Source: Paraspadella gotoi
Taxonomy: Eukaryota > Animalia > Chaetognatha
Length of the DNA: 64,000 bases
Reading direction: 5' to 3'
Assembly: GCA_051294375.1 (NCBI GenBank)
Contig: CM119265.1
Coordinates: 9,806,339-9,870,338, forward strand
Shown here: piece by piece, positions 1 through 14,286 of the stretch
Layout: the number at the start of each line of letters is the position of its first letter
How positions within the stretch are numbered: position 1 is the stretch's first letter
Notes under the pieces: generated by a model
What the model saw: the letters and a program-made list of their open reading frames with translations, nothing else
Told to the model about the DNA's origin: nothing
Database searches by the model: none
Translations under genes and position numbers: made by a program

Positions 1-790
1 GTAGTAAAAGACTAGAAAACAGCTAAAGCAAGTAAAAAATAAACTAATAAAAGTTCAACAAAAGACACGTTTAAAATCCTCAATTTTTTTTAAACATTAA
101 ATTCAATTTTATTAAAAAATTTTTTTTTATTAAGAACAAAAACGATATAAACGTGTAATTTCAATAAAAAAAGAACTAAAAAAAAACTAAAAAAACTAAA
201 AAAAACTTAAAAAAAAAATAAAAAAACTACACTGATTAACAAAAAATTATAACAAAAAATATAAAAACATATAACACTACTAAAAAACAAAAACATTTAA
301 AAACATTAAACGCAAAAAAAACACATTTAAACGTCAAAATATTGATAAACATTAAAAGAACATAAAAACATATATTAAAAGGTAAAAGGTAAAAGATAAA
401 ACAAAAAGAAATCAAAACAAATCATCAAATTAAATGATGACGTCTCACTCTTTCTCGACAGTGTTAAAGATTTATATAAATTCCATTAATATTCTTTATT
501 AACCGAAATAGCGTTGCAATGTACAAATTTTTTAGCTTAAATAAATGGTTTTTTAGTTTTTCAGCCGACTTTTTCAAGCACGTGCCTATACGAATGTAAA
601 CCGAGGAAACCAAATTAACGCAACATAGTGCAAATGAGATTACGTTTAATTGTCTTAAGTTTAAGTTTTATCCGAGTTTCCTTTCTTTTTCATTAGTTAA
701 AAAAATTAAAAAAAAAGAAAACTGCACGAGCTGCAGGTGGAAAGAGCGAATCGCGCATCGCATTAAAAAAAAGAGGAGAAAACGCTTTAA

Positions 791-1770
791 GGGGACCTCA
801 GTGATAAAAATGATATTCATAAGCTTAAGGGGTCTATCCATCAAATGAATTGAAGTGGTGATTAGTTCATTATTAGAATTTTTATTATTGCACTGTGAAA
901 GTTAGCAAAAAATTCTCTATCTCTTATTGCTAGCGGAAAACAAAAATTTAATAATTATGAAAAAGAAATTTAGTGTGAGCCCGTACCTAAATATTTAATA
1001 TAATTCATGTATTTTAATTTTTTGGGCAGATTGTAAAAAAGAAAGTATTTTTTGTACTAAATTCCAATCATTTTTCATTATTTTTACTGTACAAAGCTAT
1101 AGATTTTAGCCGTTTAAGCCTCAATTGAACAAAGAGGCTTTACGTAAGACTAATATTTTTATATTTTTATATTTACTTAAAAAAAAGCAGACAAATCAAA
1201 ACCTAAATTCTATTCTTACAGAAACAAAACTGTAATAATTATTAATTAATATTCATATTCATCCCTTAAATGTATAATTAAACTATTTTGATTCCTTATT
1301 ATAACAATTAAGAATTTAGCAAAAGTACACGAATCTTTCTTCTTTTTTTATATTTTATATTACTTCAAAGAGTTTTTATTTTTCATCCAATTAAACAGTC
1401 ACATCACTTTGAAAGAAGGTTATAATATCAAACGCATTGTCGGATACCTTAAAATTTTGATTCATTCTAGTTTTTTTTCTTTCAAATTTTTGTTTGTGAT
1501 AAAAGCTGAAAATCTTTTTTAAAATTAGACTCTTACCTTTTTTTGGAAAAAAAAATTTTTAAACTTGAAAAAAGATTCTTCTTCTTTACCGATTTTTAAA
1601 GAAAATTAAGTCTCTCGATCCTGATTTTAATTGCGAATTTTTTAACTACTTTCCAACCTGATGTATGTAAAAGAAAAACATTATATGAATCAGAACCAGC
1701 TTAATTACAAGGGAGTGCTCAACGTATGATGTATTTCAGCTTCTTTACCCCCCCTGTTCACTTGGTCCCC
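791..1770. mobile_element. Non-autonomous DNA transposon (Kolobok- or Harbinger-like), ~980 bp
   Basis: Left end GGGGACCTCAGTGA (791) and right end TTCACTTGGTCCCC (ends 1770; reverse complement GGGGACCAAGTGAA) form imperfect terminal inverted repeats. TTAA flanks both ends (787-790, 1771-1774). The interior is AT-rich with no ORF. Confidence 0.55.
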
Positions 1771-1779
1771 TTAAGCGAA

Positions 1780-2140
1780 ATTAAAAAGTCAACAGTTTTC
1801 TCTTTTTCCTCCTAAAAATAAAATTCTCTCTCTCTTCATTTAAAGCCGTTTAAGGGTTCTCTTCTTCCCTGCTAGAAAGGAAAGCCATTTAACAGGTTTT
1901 TTGTATCCTTCCACGCAGCAGTTCAATAAGACAATGCGAAAAACCTTTCGAATTCCCTGCTAACAAGAAAAGCCATTTACCAGCTTTCTGTCGATTTCTT
2001 CTATCCTTCTAAGAAATAAAGCAGCTCTCTCTTACCCTTCTATCAATCCACAATTATCCTCTATCCTCCTACATAACCAAAAGCAATTTAACAGCTTTCT
2101 CCATTCCCCACTAAAATGTAAAACCAGTCAACAGTTTTTC
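1780..2140. repeat. Degenerate tandem repeat built on AAAGCCATTTAACAG-like units
   Basis: About 6 diverged copies of AAAGYMRTTTAACAG followed by CT-rich tracts, irregularly spaced. Confidence 0.4.
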
Positions 2141-2699
2141 CACTCACCCCCCTTCGCCCACTCTCTCTCCTTACCATTTCCCCCCCCCCTAAAAAACCTC
2201 ACAAAACCAGATTCTCACTTCCTTTTCCTCTGGTTGATATTAGGACTCTTTCACGGTTATAACTTCCCAATTTTTCCGACTTTTCGCCGAAAAAAAAATC
2301 GATTCGTTTCTTGGGATCTCTTCACCCAATTTTCTTTTCAATGGAGATCACGTCGTCGTCGTCGTCGTCGTCGTCTACTCCTGCTCTCTCACAGTCTTTC
2401 ACCTTTTTTTCTCTCACTCTTTCTTATTTTCACAAGCTCTCTTTGCAACTCTTTCAGGTTTTAGTGAGAATCCCTATCATCTTTTTAGCTCTTTCTTTAC
2501 TTTTCTAACTCGTTGGAAAACATTTTTGTCTCTGTGATTCTCACCCGTTTTCACGTTATCTTCACCAGCTGTCAGTCTTTCTCAATCTCACAACAATTTA
2601 GAAACTATTTTCAATTTCACAGTTTTATTCGTTCACTCTTTTTTTCTTCTTTCCGATTAACCAATTCTTTTTTTTTTCACCATCACCGTTATCGTCTCT

Positions 2700-2730
<31 letters not shown>

Positions 2731-5700
2731 CTCTCTCTCTCGTCTCTCTCTCTCTCTTCTCCCTCTCTCTAGTTTTTCACCAACTGAGGGGGGGGGGGCC
2801 TCAAAAAAGGAACCAAAGATCTGAGAAAACATTCTCCAACCTCTGGATTCTTGCCGTCAAGGTCGTTTCACAACGCCGACCCGACAACCGAACGACCGCT
2901 GGAACCTCTCTGAATTTCCATTTCAAAATCTCGGCTCTATTTGCCATTTCCTCGATTCCATATGTTACCATCTTCCTTTCTGTCTCTCTCGCCATATCTT
3001 CCTGACTCTTATGCCATTTTCCCGGCCCATGGTCATCGCTTTTCGTTCTGTGTACTTTCTCTCGCCACACCACAGTGATCGAAATGAGGTTTTTTCTCGG
3101 AAAAACTATGCCTATAGTGCAATTAGTTGTTTTTTAGTAGGTTGTTATATTGTAAGTAGTTATATTTAAAAAACTTTATTCGTTACCTTATAAAATGGTA
3201 AATATGTTTGTAAGATTTTTTAAATTTGGTAAAAGAGAAAATAATTCTATCATGGTTTTCTTAGATCGTTTCCTGAATTTTTTTTAGTAAAAACAGTAAG
3301 AGACAATTCTAAACACTAAATTTCGTATTGAATTAATCAATTATCTAAATTTGTTTTAGTTTCAATCACAGCTTTCTAGTTTTAATATTATTTTAAATTT
3401 CCTTCCACGAAAATTTTTCATGGCCCGACGTACTCCATGTTTGAGTTGATTATACGTTCGAAAACGTAAACAAAACTAAAATTGTCATTAACAAGGATAA
3501 AAAATGTCCTAGAAGGAAGCGTCGGGCAATCACCAATTGCGGTGATCAAAAATAAGAATTTAGAGAAAATTCGAGAGTGTTTTTTGTGAAGAGAGAAAAC
3601 ATTATTTAACGAAAAAAACAGAGTAAAAATCAAAAAAGGTAAAAAAAATAAAGCAACAAAATACGTATATTACATGGCTGGAAAAGGTCAGCATAACAAG
3701 GTCATTCTGTTTGGATATGAACGGTCTGAAGCCGCAATAGTTCTCTCGTCGTTCGGCCTCCACAAATTAAACCTTCGAGAAGAGAAAAAAACAAACGCTT
3801 CAGTTTCGCTTCGATTTCACCAATCGTTACACTCTGAGCGTCTCTCTTTTACCTTTTATCTCAGTTACCGGTTATTTTAGCTACATTTGTTTAGTGGCTT
3901 TTACAATGATACAGTGTATCAAGTAGTTTTCATTTGATGCCCATTTCCTCCTATCGTTATAATTGGTTTGCGTTGTAAACAAGTCCACTTCTATATCGTG
4001 TTGATTGAAAGTACAATAATAAATTAAGTATTTCAAGGTGTCTCGATAAGGTCTGATCGTCCGCTAGCGTTTTCCTCCATAAAAGGAAACGCGCTTCTGT
4101 ATCGGTTCTCTCTCGTTTTCTCAATTCGAGGACAATACAATTGCTGTTCGTTTAAAACAAACATTTTAAGATGATGAGCGCTAGATAGTAGGAAGAACCT
4201 CTTCATGGTCATTCTACTGACCGAACTACGGCGTCACAAAGTAACAAAGACTTTCGTCGGTCGTCTTCGTTATTATATTCGTCGTCGGTCGTCGGTCGTC
4301 TTTGTTAGAATCATTTGAGTTCCCAAACTTCTTCTTTTGTCATTTTTTGCTTTTTATTTTTTTGTTCTCAGAGTTATAATTGTGTCCTAGTTAAGAACTA
4401 AGGTTTTTCTTTTTTAAATTAAAAATTTCTTTAAAGAATATTGTACAAAATAAATTTGTTGTATCGAATTTTTTTAAAAAAAATATATTTCAAAAATCAT
4501 TTGGTTATAACTTAAGGCCATGCCGGACACGGGCGGAGCAAAAAGCTCAAATATGCGAGAGCTTCCTGATATGATGAATCATTAAATGCAGTGGAAATGG
4601 CCGTGCTTCGCGTGCTTCATATAGACTTTAGGCTAGTATTTGAATACTATATACAGGTAAAATGCTGTTCAAGCATGTTATAATTCAGTCCATGCAAACT
4701 ATCTAGGTTATTGACAATGGAGTAAAAAAAAATTAGGTTTTTATCGTTAAAATGTCTTACAATATACAAAACAAAGTGAGCTCCAAAAAAAGAAAAGCCT
4801 TATATCTCCGATATGAATATTTTTTACAACCCGATATCATAAGACAGTGTTCTTGTGGATAACTTGGACGGATTAAACGGAAAAATTAATTAACATATTG
4901 AATGTAACCACCCTTTTCCGAGTAAAAAAAATATTTCGGATGACTGGTGCACCACCCTTTGCCATAAACTGCCTAAGGCTACCATTCCCTCTGCCACCTG
5001 TTGCCATACATCTCACCATTTGCTCTCAGCGCCACAAACCTTCTCGTCTCTCCAACCTTAAGCAGCAGAAGACAAGCTGAGATTTCAAATTTTCTGGTTC
5101 GAGGAAAAAGAAATGTGGAAAAAAAAAAGGATTTTTGTGTCGGAGGACGAGAGGGTGAGGCAGGGAAAGGTAAAGGAAAGGGAGGGGATATTTTGGTAAG
5201 TAAAAGAAAAGAAGGAATCATGGTAAGTTGAAATAACGATGGAGGAGAGCGGCACAATTGGAGGGAGAATAAAACTGGATTGGGATAAACGGAAATTCTG
5301 ATGTCGGAGAGAAAAAGTGAGTTTACAGGGGGAAAGGATTAGGAAATACAAGGAGGTTGCGTTTAAACGACTGTTTTAAAATTATGTCGATTGTGGAGAT
5401 ATTTACTAAATGTGACATTAATCATTTACGGTAGTCATTCTCGTAATATAAGCGTAGATTGAAAAGAGAAAAAGTCAAAAAGTAAAAGTTGTACTACTAC
5501 AACTACTACTACAACGCAATAAAACATCGAAAAGGGATAAAAAAAGAAGCAGAAATCTACACATGAGGTAAAAATAGAAACAAAAATTAAAAAAAAAATA
5601 AAGAGCGAAGTTTTGGTTGAACGACACACGAGACGAAAAAAAATCGAAATTTTAAGATTCAGTTTAAGAAACACGTTTTTTTTCTTTATTTTTTTCCTCT

Positions 5701-8700
5701 TTTTAGTTTTTTTCTTTTTTTCTTTTTTTCTTCTTTTTTTTCAACTTGTCACGAGTTTTTAGCGGATGACAATTTTTTGAGAACCTTTCTCTCTTTCTCT
5801 CTCTCTCTCATGGGGTTGGTCTGTAATTAGATAACCACTACCTGACTATCGGCAATACCGTAACGCTGGGTGATTCGAATAACTTTTTCGCTAACTTTTT
5901 CTTACAATTTTTATCGAATGACATAATTTTCATATTGGTGTAAACTAAGTTTTAAATAGTTTATAATGATTGTGTGATGCACAATTTTTATTTTGTCAAA
6001 CCTTTTATCTTGATTGACAAAAACAATTAAAAATGGTTCTATAAACAAATTCTGGGAACAACAATTCATTTCAATAACAGCATAATAATGTTTCTCTTTC
6101 AAGTAACTTGCTTGCATTTTTAAGTTATTATTCCATCCTTAAGAACACATTATTTGTGCTACCAAACTGATTTTTGTGATTCTAAGACACTAAAAACGAC
6201 ATGTTTCATTTGTACAGTCCAAAGCCTTCCATCCAAATTAGACAATGTAGTTCAAAACTGAGTCTAAGTAATATAAAATGACAGTCAATGGATATTTTTA
6301 AATATTTACGTTATTGGCGTGGTGTTTAACCAATAACATAAGTATTAAAGCGAAGTGATGGAACATTAGTAGATAAACGTATTTGTTTTTACTTTGATGG
6401 CAGCCGTGGTGGCTTCGCGAATGCGAACCGGTCTCTAAACAGCTTTCGCATAATTCCCAGACAAAAGACGGGAAACTTGCACCAGTCCACCGGACTGGCG
6501 GAAGAGAAGTAACGTGAATTAAGCTCTTTAATATTAAGGGCTAAGGCATATTGATTATTTAATGATTATATAGATGCAAAAAAGTAACTTGATATTTTAT
6601 TGTTCATTGAGAATAATATTTTTAAAACTTTTTAATTTTGCAACACTAGATATTTTAAGAAGTAATAGAAATAATAACAATGATTCTCTCAGTCATTTGC
6701 GTTGGTAAATATAGTTTCAGACATTACATAAGCAACTAGTAACTATATTTAGTAAGCGTTTTTTTTATAAATACTTCAGCAAAATTCAGACATTAACCCA
6801 TACATTTGTTTTGTAAAGTTAGTTTTATCCCTCTTTCTATGAAAATGGGCACATTGAAAAAAAAATCTATTTTTCACATTGAGAAAAAAGTCATAAATTT
6901 CTCCTTCCCGCCAAAATTCGGAAGTCTAGTACCCGCGGAATGGAGGATTCGAAAGAGGGAGTGGCGAAAACAGAGAGAGGAGGAAGAAAATCCTCTCCTT
7001 CGCCGGCGAAGACGAGCGAATCATGGAGCGGACTTAGCGTCGCGGCCGCCGGCGAGGAAGTCCGCGCTGGAGTCGCGGGCCTGACCATAATCAGCGTCGC
7101 GAGACTAGTGGAGGGAAATCAACCATATGCCTGCCTCTCTCTACTCCTCTTCGTCCTCTCTCTCTCTCTCTCTCTCTCGTCTCGTCTCTCTCGTCTCATC
7201 GCATCGATGCTCTTTCATCGTACCTGCGTCTCTCTNNNNNNNNNNNNNNNNNNNNNNNNNGAGCACACCGAGCCGCGAGACGACCAAAAGGACTTCCCTC
7301 TCCTTCCGCTTCCCTTATCTCTTACCGCCGGTCGAAGGTCGGGAGGTCCCATCGCGTCGGTGACTCTCGAAAAAAATGAGCGAGATCCTCTTCCTTTCTC
7401 TACCGACGGGCGATCGTCGCGGGTCTACGGCTGCGAATGACTCACGAAAATACCGCTCAGGCTCTTTTCTCTCTCTCTCCTAAAGTTTCTCGTTAGTTTT
7501 TGCTTTTCACTCTTTTACAATAATTTTCTTATCACTCAAAAATAACAAGAGTATATTATCAAGATTTTATAAAATGAATGTGTTAAAAATGGATTTACTG
7601 TAACCCAAAAATATTAGATAATTTATCGATAAAAGTCGTATGAGCCCTTACTTTTCACACAATCCAATGAAAGTTAAAGATTGTAGATAAGATCTCGCGA
7701 AATGTGAATATTTTTTTAAGTTATGCAGGCTCCTCCGGCTTTGGGAAATGACTAAGTGAGCAAAAAGATATTTAAGACGTTTGGGTTTAGTTGTGTGTTC
7801 AGTTTCAGTTCAGAGAGTAGCGTTCAGTAGTGTGTGTCGTTTTCAGCAGAATTTATTTTCAACAGTGTTTTAGAAGTGATTTCAGCGGTTTTTCCACATT
7901 GTGTTTTATCGTCTCTCCTCTCTCTCGCTCTCTTTGCGAATTCTCGAAGGATTTTGACGATTCTTAAAGTGAAACTTTGGGATCTGATTTATTTTTTGGA
8001 TTTTATTTTTATTTCGAGTTCATGATAAATTTTTTACTTACATGAATTCAGTTTTTATTCTCATTGCAATTAAGTGCCTAACGCAAAAAATACTGATCAC
8101 AAAATGAATTAAGTATAATTAAGTAATTCAGTAATCTTGGTAATCTTGGTAATTAGTATACACTATTTCAAGTACGAAATTGCTTTCTTTGATAACTTTT
8201 TTTCGCCCCTTAATTCTTCTTTTAGCTGTTTTTTTCTCGCCAAAAATCTGGGCTCACTGTATCCTAATACATTCCCCTCCCCAATGTACTTTTAAAAAAC
8301 TTTCACGTCCTTCCCCTCGCTCTCTTACCCCCCAACCACCCACCCTACCGCCCTCAGCAGCGCCACCCTTCCGAGTTACGTGCACTGATTCCTATTCTGC
8401 TTCTCTCTCGTATTGACGCAGGGAGACTTGGACAAGAAAAAAATTCAGCAGAGAAGAAAAAAAGTGAGAAAAAAATCTGTAGAGGAAGAAAATCGAGAGC
8501 TGGCACACGGAGCTTNNNNNNNNNNNNNNNNNNNNNNNNNGGAAAACAAAGGAAGAAAAAAAAAGTTTCGGTTTTATTTTAGCTTCTAACTTTGTCGTAT
8601 TTTGTTTATTTAGTAAATCATGATTTTTTTTTAGGCTTTTTAAGTAACTCAATTGGATTTTCTCTCCGGTAAGCGAAGTTTTCGCTACAATTTTATGAGC

Positions 8701-10846
8701 TCATAACCAAGCTTACAAGCTAATATTCTTTCATAAGCTTGTTATTCATTTATTCATTAATCTCCAATGTAGATTGAATTTCGCGCGCGGATTAATTAAA
8801 AGGCCGAATTCCCAAACAGTCGGAAGTCACTGGATAAACAAGAGAGAGATGAACGGAATATCAAACTCGCTCCCTCGGCCCATTTTCTTTCTTGCTTGCT
8901 TGNNNNNNNNNNNNNNNNNNNNNNNNNNNNNNNNNNNNNNNNNNNNNNNNNNNNNNNNNNNNNNNNNNNNNNNNNNNNNNNNNNNNNNNNNNNNNNNNNN
9001 NNNNNNNNNNNTTTTTTTTTAAAAATTGCCTTCTTTCTTTTTTTCTTTTTCTTGCCTTCTTTCTCCTGGTGAATTTCTGAAATGAACGAAAAGCCTTTGA
9101 AATCCTTTAGGCTAAAAATTCAGGGAATTNNNNNNNNNNNNNNNNNNNNNNNNNNNNNNNNNNNNNNNNNNNNNNNNNNNNNNNNNNNNNNNNNNNNNNN
9201 NNNNNNNNNNNNNNNNNNNNNNNNNNNNNNNNNNNNNNNNNNNNNNNNNNNNNNNNNNNNNNNNNNNNNNNNNNNNNNNNNNNNNNNNNNNNNNNNNNNN
9301 NNNNNNNNNNNNNNNNNNNNNNNNNNNNNNNNNNNNNNNNNNNNNNNNNNNNNNNNNNNNNNTTTTTTTTCTTGACGAAAAAGTCGGCATTTTCGCGTCA
9401 CGACGCAATTTCCGCGCAAAAATGAAAAAAATGGCCGGGGTAAGTTCAAGGGGTAGGTTCANNNNNNNNNNNNNNNNNNNNNNNNNNNNNNNNNNNNNNN
9501 NNNNNNNNNNNNNNNNNNNNNNNNNNNNNNNNNNNNNNNNNNNNNNNNNNNNNNNNNNNNNNNNNNNNNNNNNNNNNNNNNNNNNNNNNNNNNNNNNNNN
9601 NNNNNNNNNNNNNNNNNNNNNNNNNCAATTTGAACGATTAAGCAAAAATTGTAGCGAAGCAAGTTTTTGACTTTGCGTCGCGATGCGGACGACTCATTGC
9701 GTCATTGCGTCATTGCGGACGCCTCATTGCGTCATTCTGCCTGATGAGATTTTGTAAAAATGAGAAAAAACCGAAAGAGTGAAATTTAGAGAAAAGGTGA
9801 CGTTTCTTAGAAATCGTGACGAACTGATTGGAATTCAACTGTGAAGAGGCAAAGATAGTCCTATTTAAAGGTGGTATGAAAAGAAAATTTATGACAATGA
9901 GCCGCGAAATTAAAAATTACAAATGTGATTAAAAAGTAAGAAAAAACCAAGGAAATTTGCAAAATGTTTTTTGAGTAAGTCTGTTTTCCCAGATGTTATT
10001 GAGTGAAAGAAACAGAGNNNNNNNNNNNNNNNNNNNNNNNNNNNNNNNNNNNNNNNNNNNNNNNNNNNNNNNNNNNNNNNNNNNNNNNNNNNNNNNNNNN
10101 NNNNNNNNNNNNNNNNNNNNNNNNNNNNNNNNNNNNNNNNNNNNNNNNNNNNNNNNNNNNNNNNNNNNNNNNNNNNNNNNNNNNNNNNNNNNNNNNNNNN
10201 NNNNNNNNNNNNNNNNNNNNNNNNNNNNNNNNNNNNNNNNNNNNNNNNNNNNNNNNNNNNNNNNNNNNNNNNNNNNNNNNNNNNNNNNNNNNNNNNNNNN
10301 NNNNNNNNNNNNNNNNNNNNNNNNNNNNNNNNNNNNNNNNNNNNNNNNNNNNNNNNNNNNNNNNNNNNNNNNNNNNNNNNNNNNNNNNNNNNNNNNNNNN
10401 NNNNNNNNNNNNNNNNNNNNNNNNNNNNNNNNNNNNNNNNNNNNNNNNNNNNNNNNNNNNNNNNNNNNNNNNNNNNNNNNNNNNNNNNNNNNNNNNNNNN
10501 NNNNNNNNNNNNNNNNNNNNNNNNNNNNNNNNNNNNNNNNNNNNNNNNNNNNNNNNNNNNNNNNNNAAAAAAAACAAAAGACTCCAAAAATAAACAAGTA
10601 AACAAACAAAGAACAAAGAAACGAGAGACGAGAAAAACTTTTTTCCCGCCAAAACTGAAATCGAAGACGAAAGAAAAAAAAACAAAGAAACAAAATGTTT
10701 TTTTTTCGTTTTCTGGTATAAATATAGAGGAGGCAAACAACGAAAAAATGTATGTCTAATTTGAGGGACGAAAATAAATATAGTTAGGATCGTTCTTGGT
10801 TAAATATTTCTAGAGTTTTTGGTAATTCAAGGTGGGGAAGCAAGGA

Positions 10847-10894
<48 letters not shown>

Positions 10895-13012
10895 AAAAGT
10901 TAGGAAAGAAAAAGTCTAGAAGAGATGAAAACAAAGATAAGACAAGCAAAGACAAGCAAAAATAAAAAAAGTCGAGAAGAGAAGAAACAAAGATGAAACA
11001 AGCAAAGACAAGCAAAGATAAAAAAGACGAGAAGAGAATAAAACACAAGATGAGACAAGCGAAGACAAGCAAAGATAAAAAAAAAGAAAATAGAAAAGAG
11101 AATAAAAGTAACTGAAACGAGAGAAAGACATAAAAGATGTTGACTTATCCTGTCACAAACATTTTTTTTTATTTAAGTCCGACTCGCAACTTTTTCGTCG
11201 AAACAAAATCGCCGAAAGCTTTTTAGAGGAGTGAAGGGGGAGGGGGTGGGAGGAGTAGAGGTAGGGGGTGGATGGGAGGTGGGGTGTGATTATGTGGGCG
11301 ACGACGATAAGTGGCAGTGGAGGTGAATAGGGGTCTGGGTTTCTGGGCGCTGGGGGCCTGGGGGTCTGGGGGTCTGGGAAGTGGAACCGAATAAATGGAA
11401 CATTGGGGGAGGAGGCGGTCTACGGGGAAAAATGATAATTTGATTATGGAAAAAAAATGCAAAGATGCGAATGAATATGGAAAAGTAAATAGAAATTGAA
11501 ATAAATTTAAAATAGAAATCAAAATGATATTTAAAAGATAAAAGGAAACAATATTAAAAATGAAAAAAATACAATTTGCAGATATGGTGAGCAGGAAAGC
11601 ATGGAAGGAATGAAAAATATTAAATGGGTCCAACGCCAAAAGAAGACTCATTGAGGGAAAATATTTAGCACAGCGAGTTATTAAAATCGTGGCTTTAAAA
11701 TAATTTCACTTTTTAACAAAGTTATTTTTATTTTCTCTCAAATTATATTGATATTTTTTCCCATCGTTCAATTAAGGCGGAAAAAAAAAGGAGTGGGCGA
11801 GTGNNNNNNNNNNNNNNNNNNNNNNNNNNNNNNNNNNNNNNNNNNNNNNNNNNNNNNNNNNNNNNNNNNNNNNNNNNNNNNNNNNNNNNNNNNNNNNNNN
11901 NNNNNNNNNNNNNNNNNNNNNNNNNNNNNNNNNNNNNNNNNNNNNNNNNNNNNNNNNNNNNNNNNNNNNNNNNNNNNNNNNNNNNNNNNNNNNNNNNNNN
12001 NNNNNNNNNNNNNNNNNNNNNNNNNNNNNNNNNNNNNNNNNNNNNNNNNNNNNNNNNNNNNNNNNNNNNNNNNNNNNNNNNNNNNNNNNNNNNNNNNNNN
12101 NNNNNNNNNNNNNNNNNNNNNNNNNNNNNNNNNNNNNNNNNNNNNNNNNNNNNNNNNNNNNNNNNNNNNNNNNNNNNNNNNNNNNNNNNNNNNNNNNNNN
12201 NNNNNNNNNNNNNNNNNNNNNNNNNAGACAAGAGTGAGAAAGCCTCACCTTTTCGACATTCGAGGTTAAACTCAATCAGGGTTTGTGATGTTAACCTTGA
12301 TTAAGGGCGAAGCGATTTGATTCCAAGCATCGACGACCGTTGTTGTTGTTTTTGTTGTTGTTGTTGTTGTTATTGTTGTTGTCGCGGTCGCCTTGATCGT
12401 TCGCTATCTTCATCGTGAGAGAAGATATGAAAGATTTTAGGGTGAATGTCCTCGTTTAAATGGAAATAGTTCTTTTTCAAAGTTTCAGTCGTCGTCGTCT
12501 TTTTCATCGTCGTTGTAAAAATATATTTAACCAATTAACGATTAAACATTCTCGTTGGAAATATTTAGCTTTAACCAGTCTAGTTTTATTGTAATACCGT
12601 TGAGTGGGTTTATAAGAATATTCGAAACATTACCTTATCATAGCATGAGTAAATGACACAATGGTAACTGAAGTTATATCCCTGTACGTCTCTGCAGATT
12701 GCCCTAATTTCTTCCAAACCATCGAAATACATACCGTAACGCTCCCCACCCCTACAACCATGTTGCCCATGCCCTCCATGCCATACCATGCCATGCCCTC
12801 CACGCGCCGACAACCTGCACTCGGCTAAAAAGAGCTCGCGGCGCCTTCCATTATTTGCGCGGATTACCGCGAGGCTGCGAAGCCAAAGGACTGAGGGATG
12901 CCAAATCGAAAGCGAGGCGAGCCGCGCTTCTTTTTTTGTTTTTCTCTTTTTGTTTTCTTCTCTTTGCTATCATTTTTGCTTTTTTACTCTTTTTTTTGTT
13001 TTATTGCTTTTT

Positions 13013-13319
13013 TTTAGTTGCGCCGCGAGTACTTCGTAGCAACTATATAAGCCCCTTTTCGGTCGGTCCGTCGGTATGTCTGTCTGTCGGTCGGTCCCAC
13101 TTATGTTAAAAATGCTCATGACTCATACTTGGCCCTATAGTTGGTTGATCATTTATTAAGATAGGAAAAAACCTCAAATCTAAGTGACTGCTAGCTCCGC
13201 CTTCAGGAATTCTAAAACTATAAAGAATAACATAAGGAATTCCGATGAAGTGTGGGTCATAAATATACGGGCTAAGAGAGTCAATGCGGCGCAACACATT
13301 GGATTGACCCATCTTGTTT
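13013..13319 (+). mobile_element. Helentron-associated (HINE/DINE-1-like) non-autonomous element
   Basis: Subterminal inverted repeat GTTGCGCCGC (13017-13026) / GCGGCGCAAC (13286-13295). A 5' stem is formed by TAGTTGC with GCAACTA (13039-13045). Internal (GTCN)n microsatellite at ~13061-13097. Ends in CTTGTTT and sits in T-rich flanks, matching HINE/DINE-1 architecture. Confidence 0.65.
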
Positions 13320-14286
13320 ACCTTCTCTCTCTTGCTTAAATGAATTTTTTACCATTTCTTTTATTCTAGTTTTTTATTTACAAATTCTTAACTTCAATCA
13401 TTCTTTCAAAAATATAAAAAAATATGATGACGAAGTTAAGTAAAAATACTGATGTATAAGATTTGAATTAGAGTAAAAAAAACTAAAACAAAAAACAAAA
13501 TTGTTGGCAGAATCTTTCCTTTCACGCGTCTTTATTCTTATCTCACCAGTAGATGTTCTGTTTACATTTTTCTAAACCTCGAATTAGCAACGAATCATCC
13601 TGTAGTTAGATCGAATCACGAATCGCGAATCATGAACCACGAATCACCCTGTAGTTAGATTCTATTCCAACGTTTCCCTAATTTCGTTTCCTCTAAAGAA
13701 CGAAAAAAAATCGCCTTATTTTAATTTTTTCGAAAGGCGATTTCGATGCAGTTCTCGTTTCGAAAAAATTGCCACGTCTCTTTTCNNNNNNNNNNAGGAG
13801 GAAGAACCTACGCGACAAATATTGAGATTATGAGAATGAAGACGTGATCGACGACGATGCTGATGATGATGATGATGATGATGATGAAGATAATAACTCA
13901 TCGAGTCGATCGTCATGGCAACGACGGAAGCGGATTTTATGATACTTTTATTTCGCATCCATTTATTTTTCACTCTGCCTTTGGGAGACGAATTTTCTGG
14001 TGTCTTTTGTTTGTTTGTAAATTATATATTGTATAAATTGTATATTCTCAATCACTCTTGCTTGTTACTGAATTTGTTTAAAATCCTTTATGTAAGATTT
14101 AAGGGGGTATCTATCACGAACGTTTAAACTTTAATAAAAAAATAAATAAATAAATTCTCTCCGTTTGCTTAGATGTAATTCGACAACAGATATTCCTCAC
14201 AATATTTTCTAAAAATAACACGAAGAGAGTGAGAAAGAAAGAGAACGAGAGAGAGAGAGAGNNNNNNNNNNNNNNNNNNNNNNNNN

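Noticed and set aside
2801-3073. 90-aa minus-strand ORF with balanced composition
   Set aside because: No recognisable domain and no consistent splice partners.
3674-3770. Minus-strand ENYCGFRPFISKQNDLVMLTFSSH resembles a CUB-domain C-terminal motif
   Set aside because: An in-frame TAA follows the best acceptor and no other CUB exons were identified.
4979-5060. VGETRRFVALRANGEMYGN resembles an FGF core strand
   Set aside because: Only ~19 residues, followed by a stop; no flanking FGF exons could be found.
8774-12304. Long ORFs in the track
   Set aside because: They run through N gaps (X residues) and carry no information.
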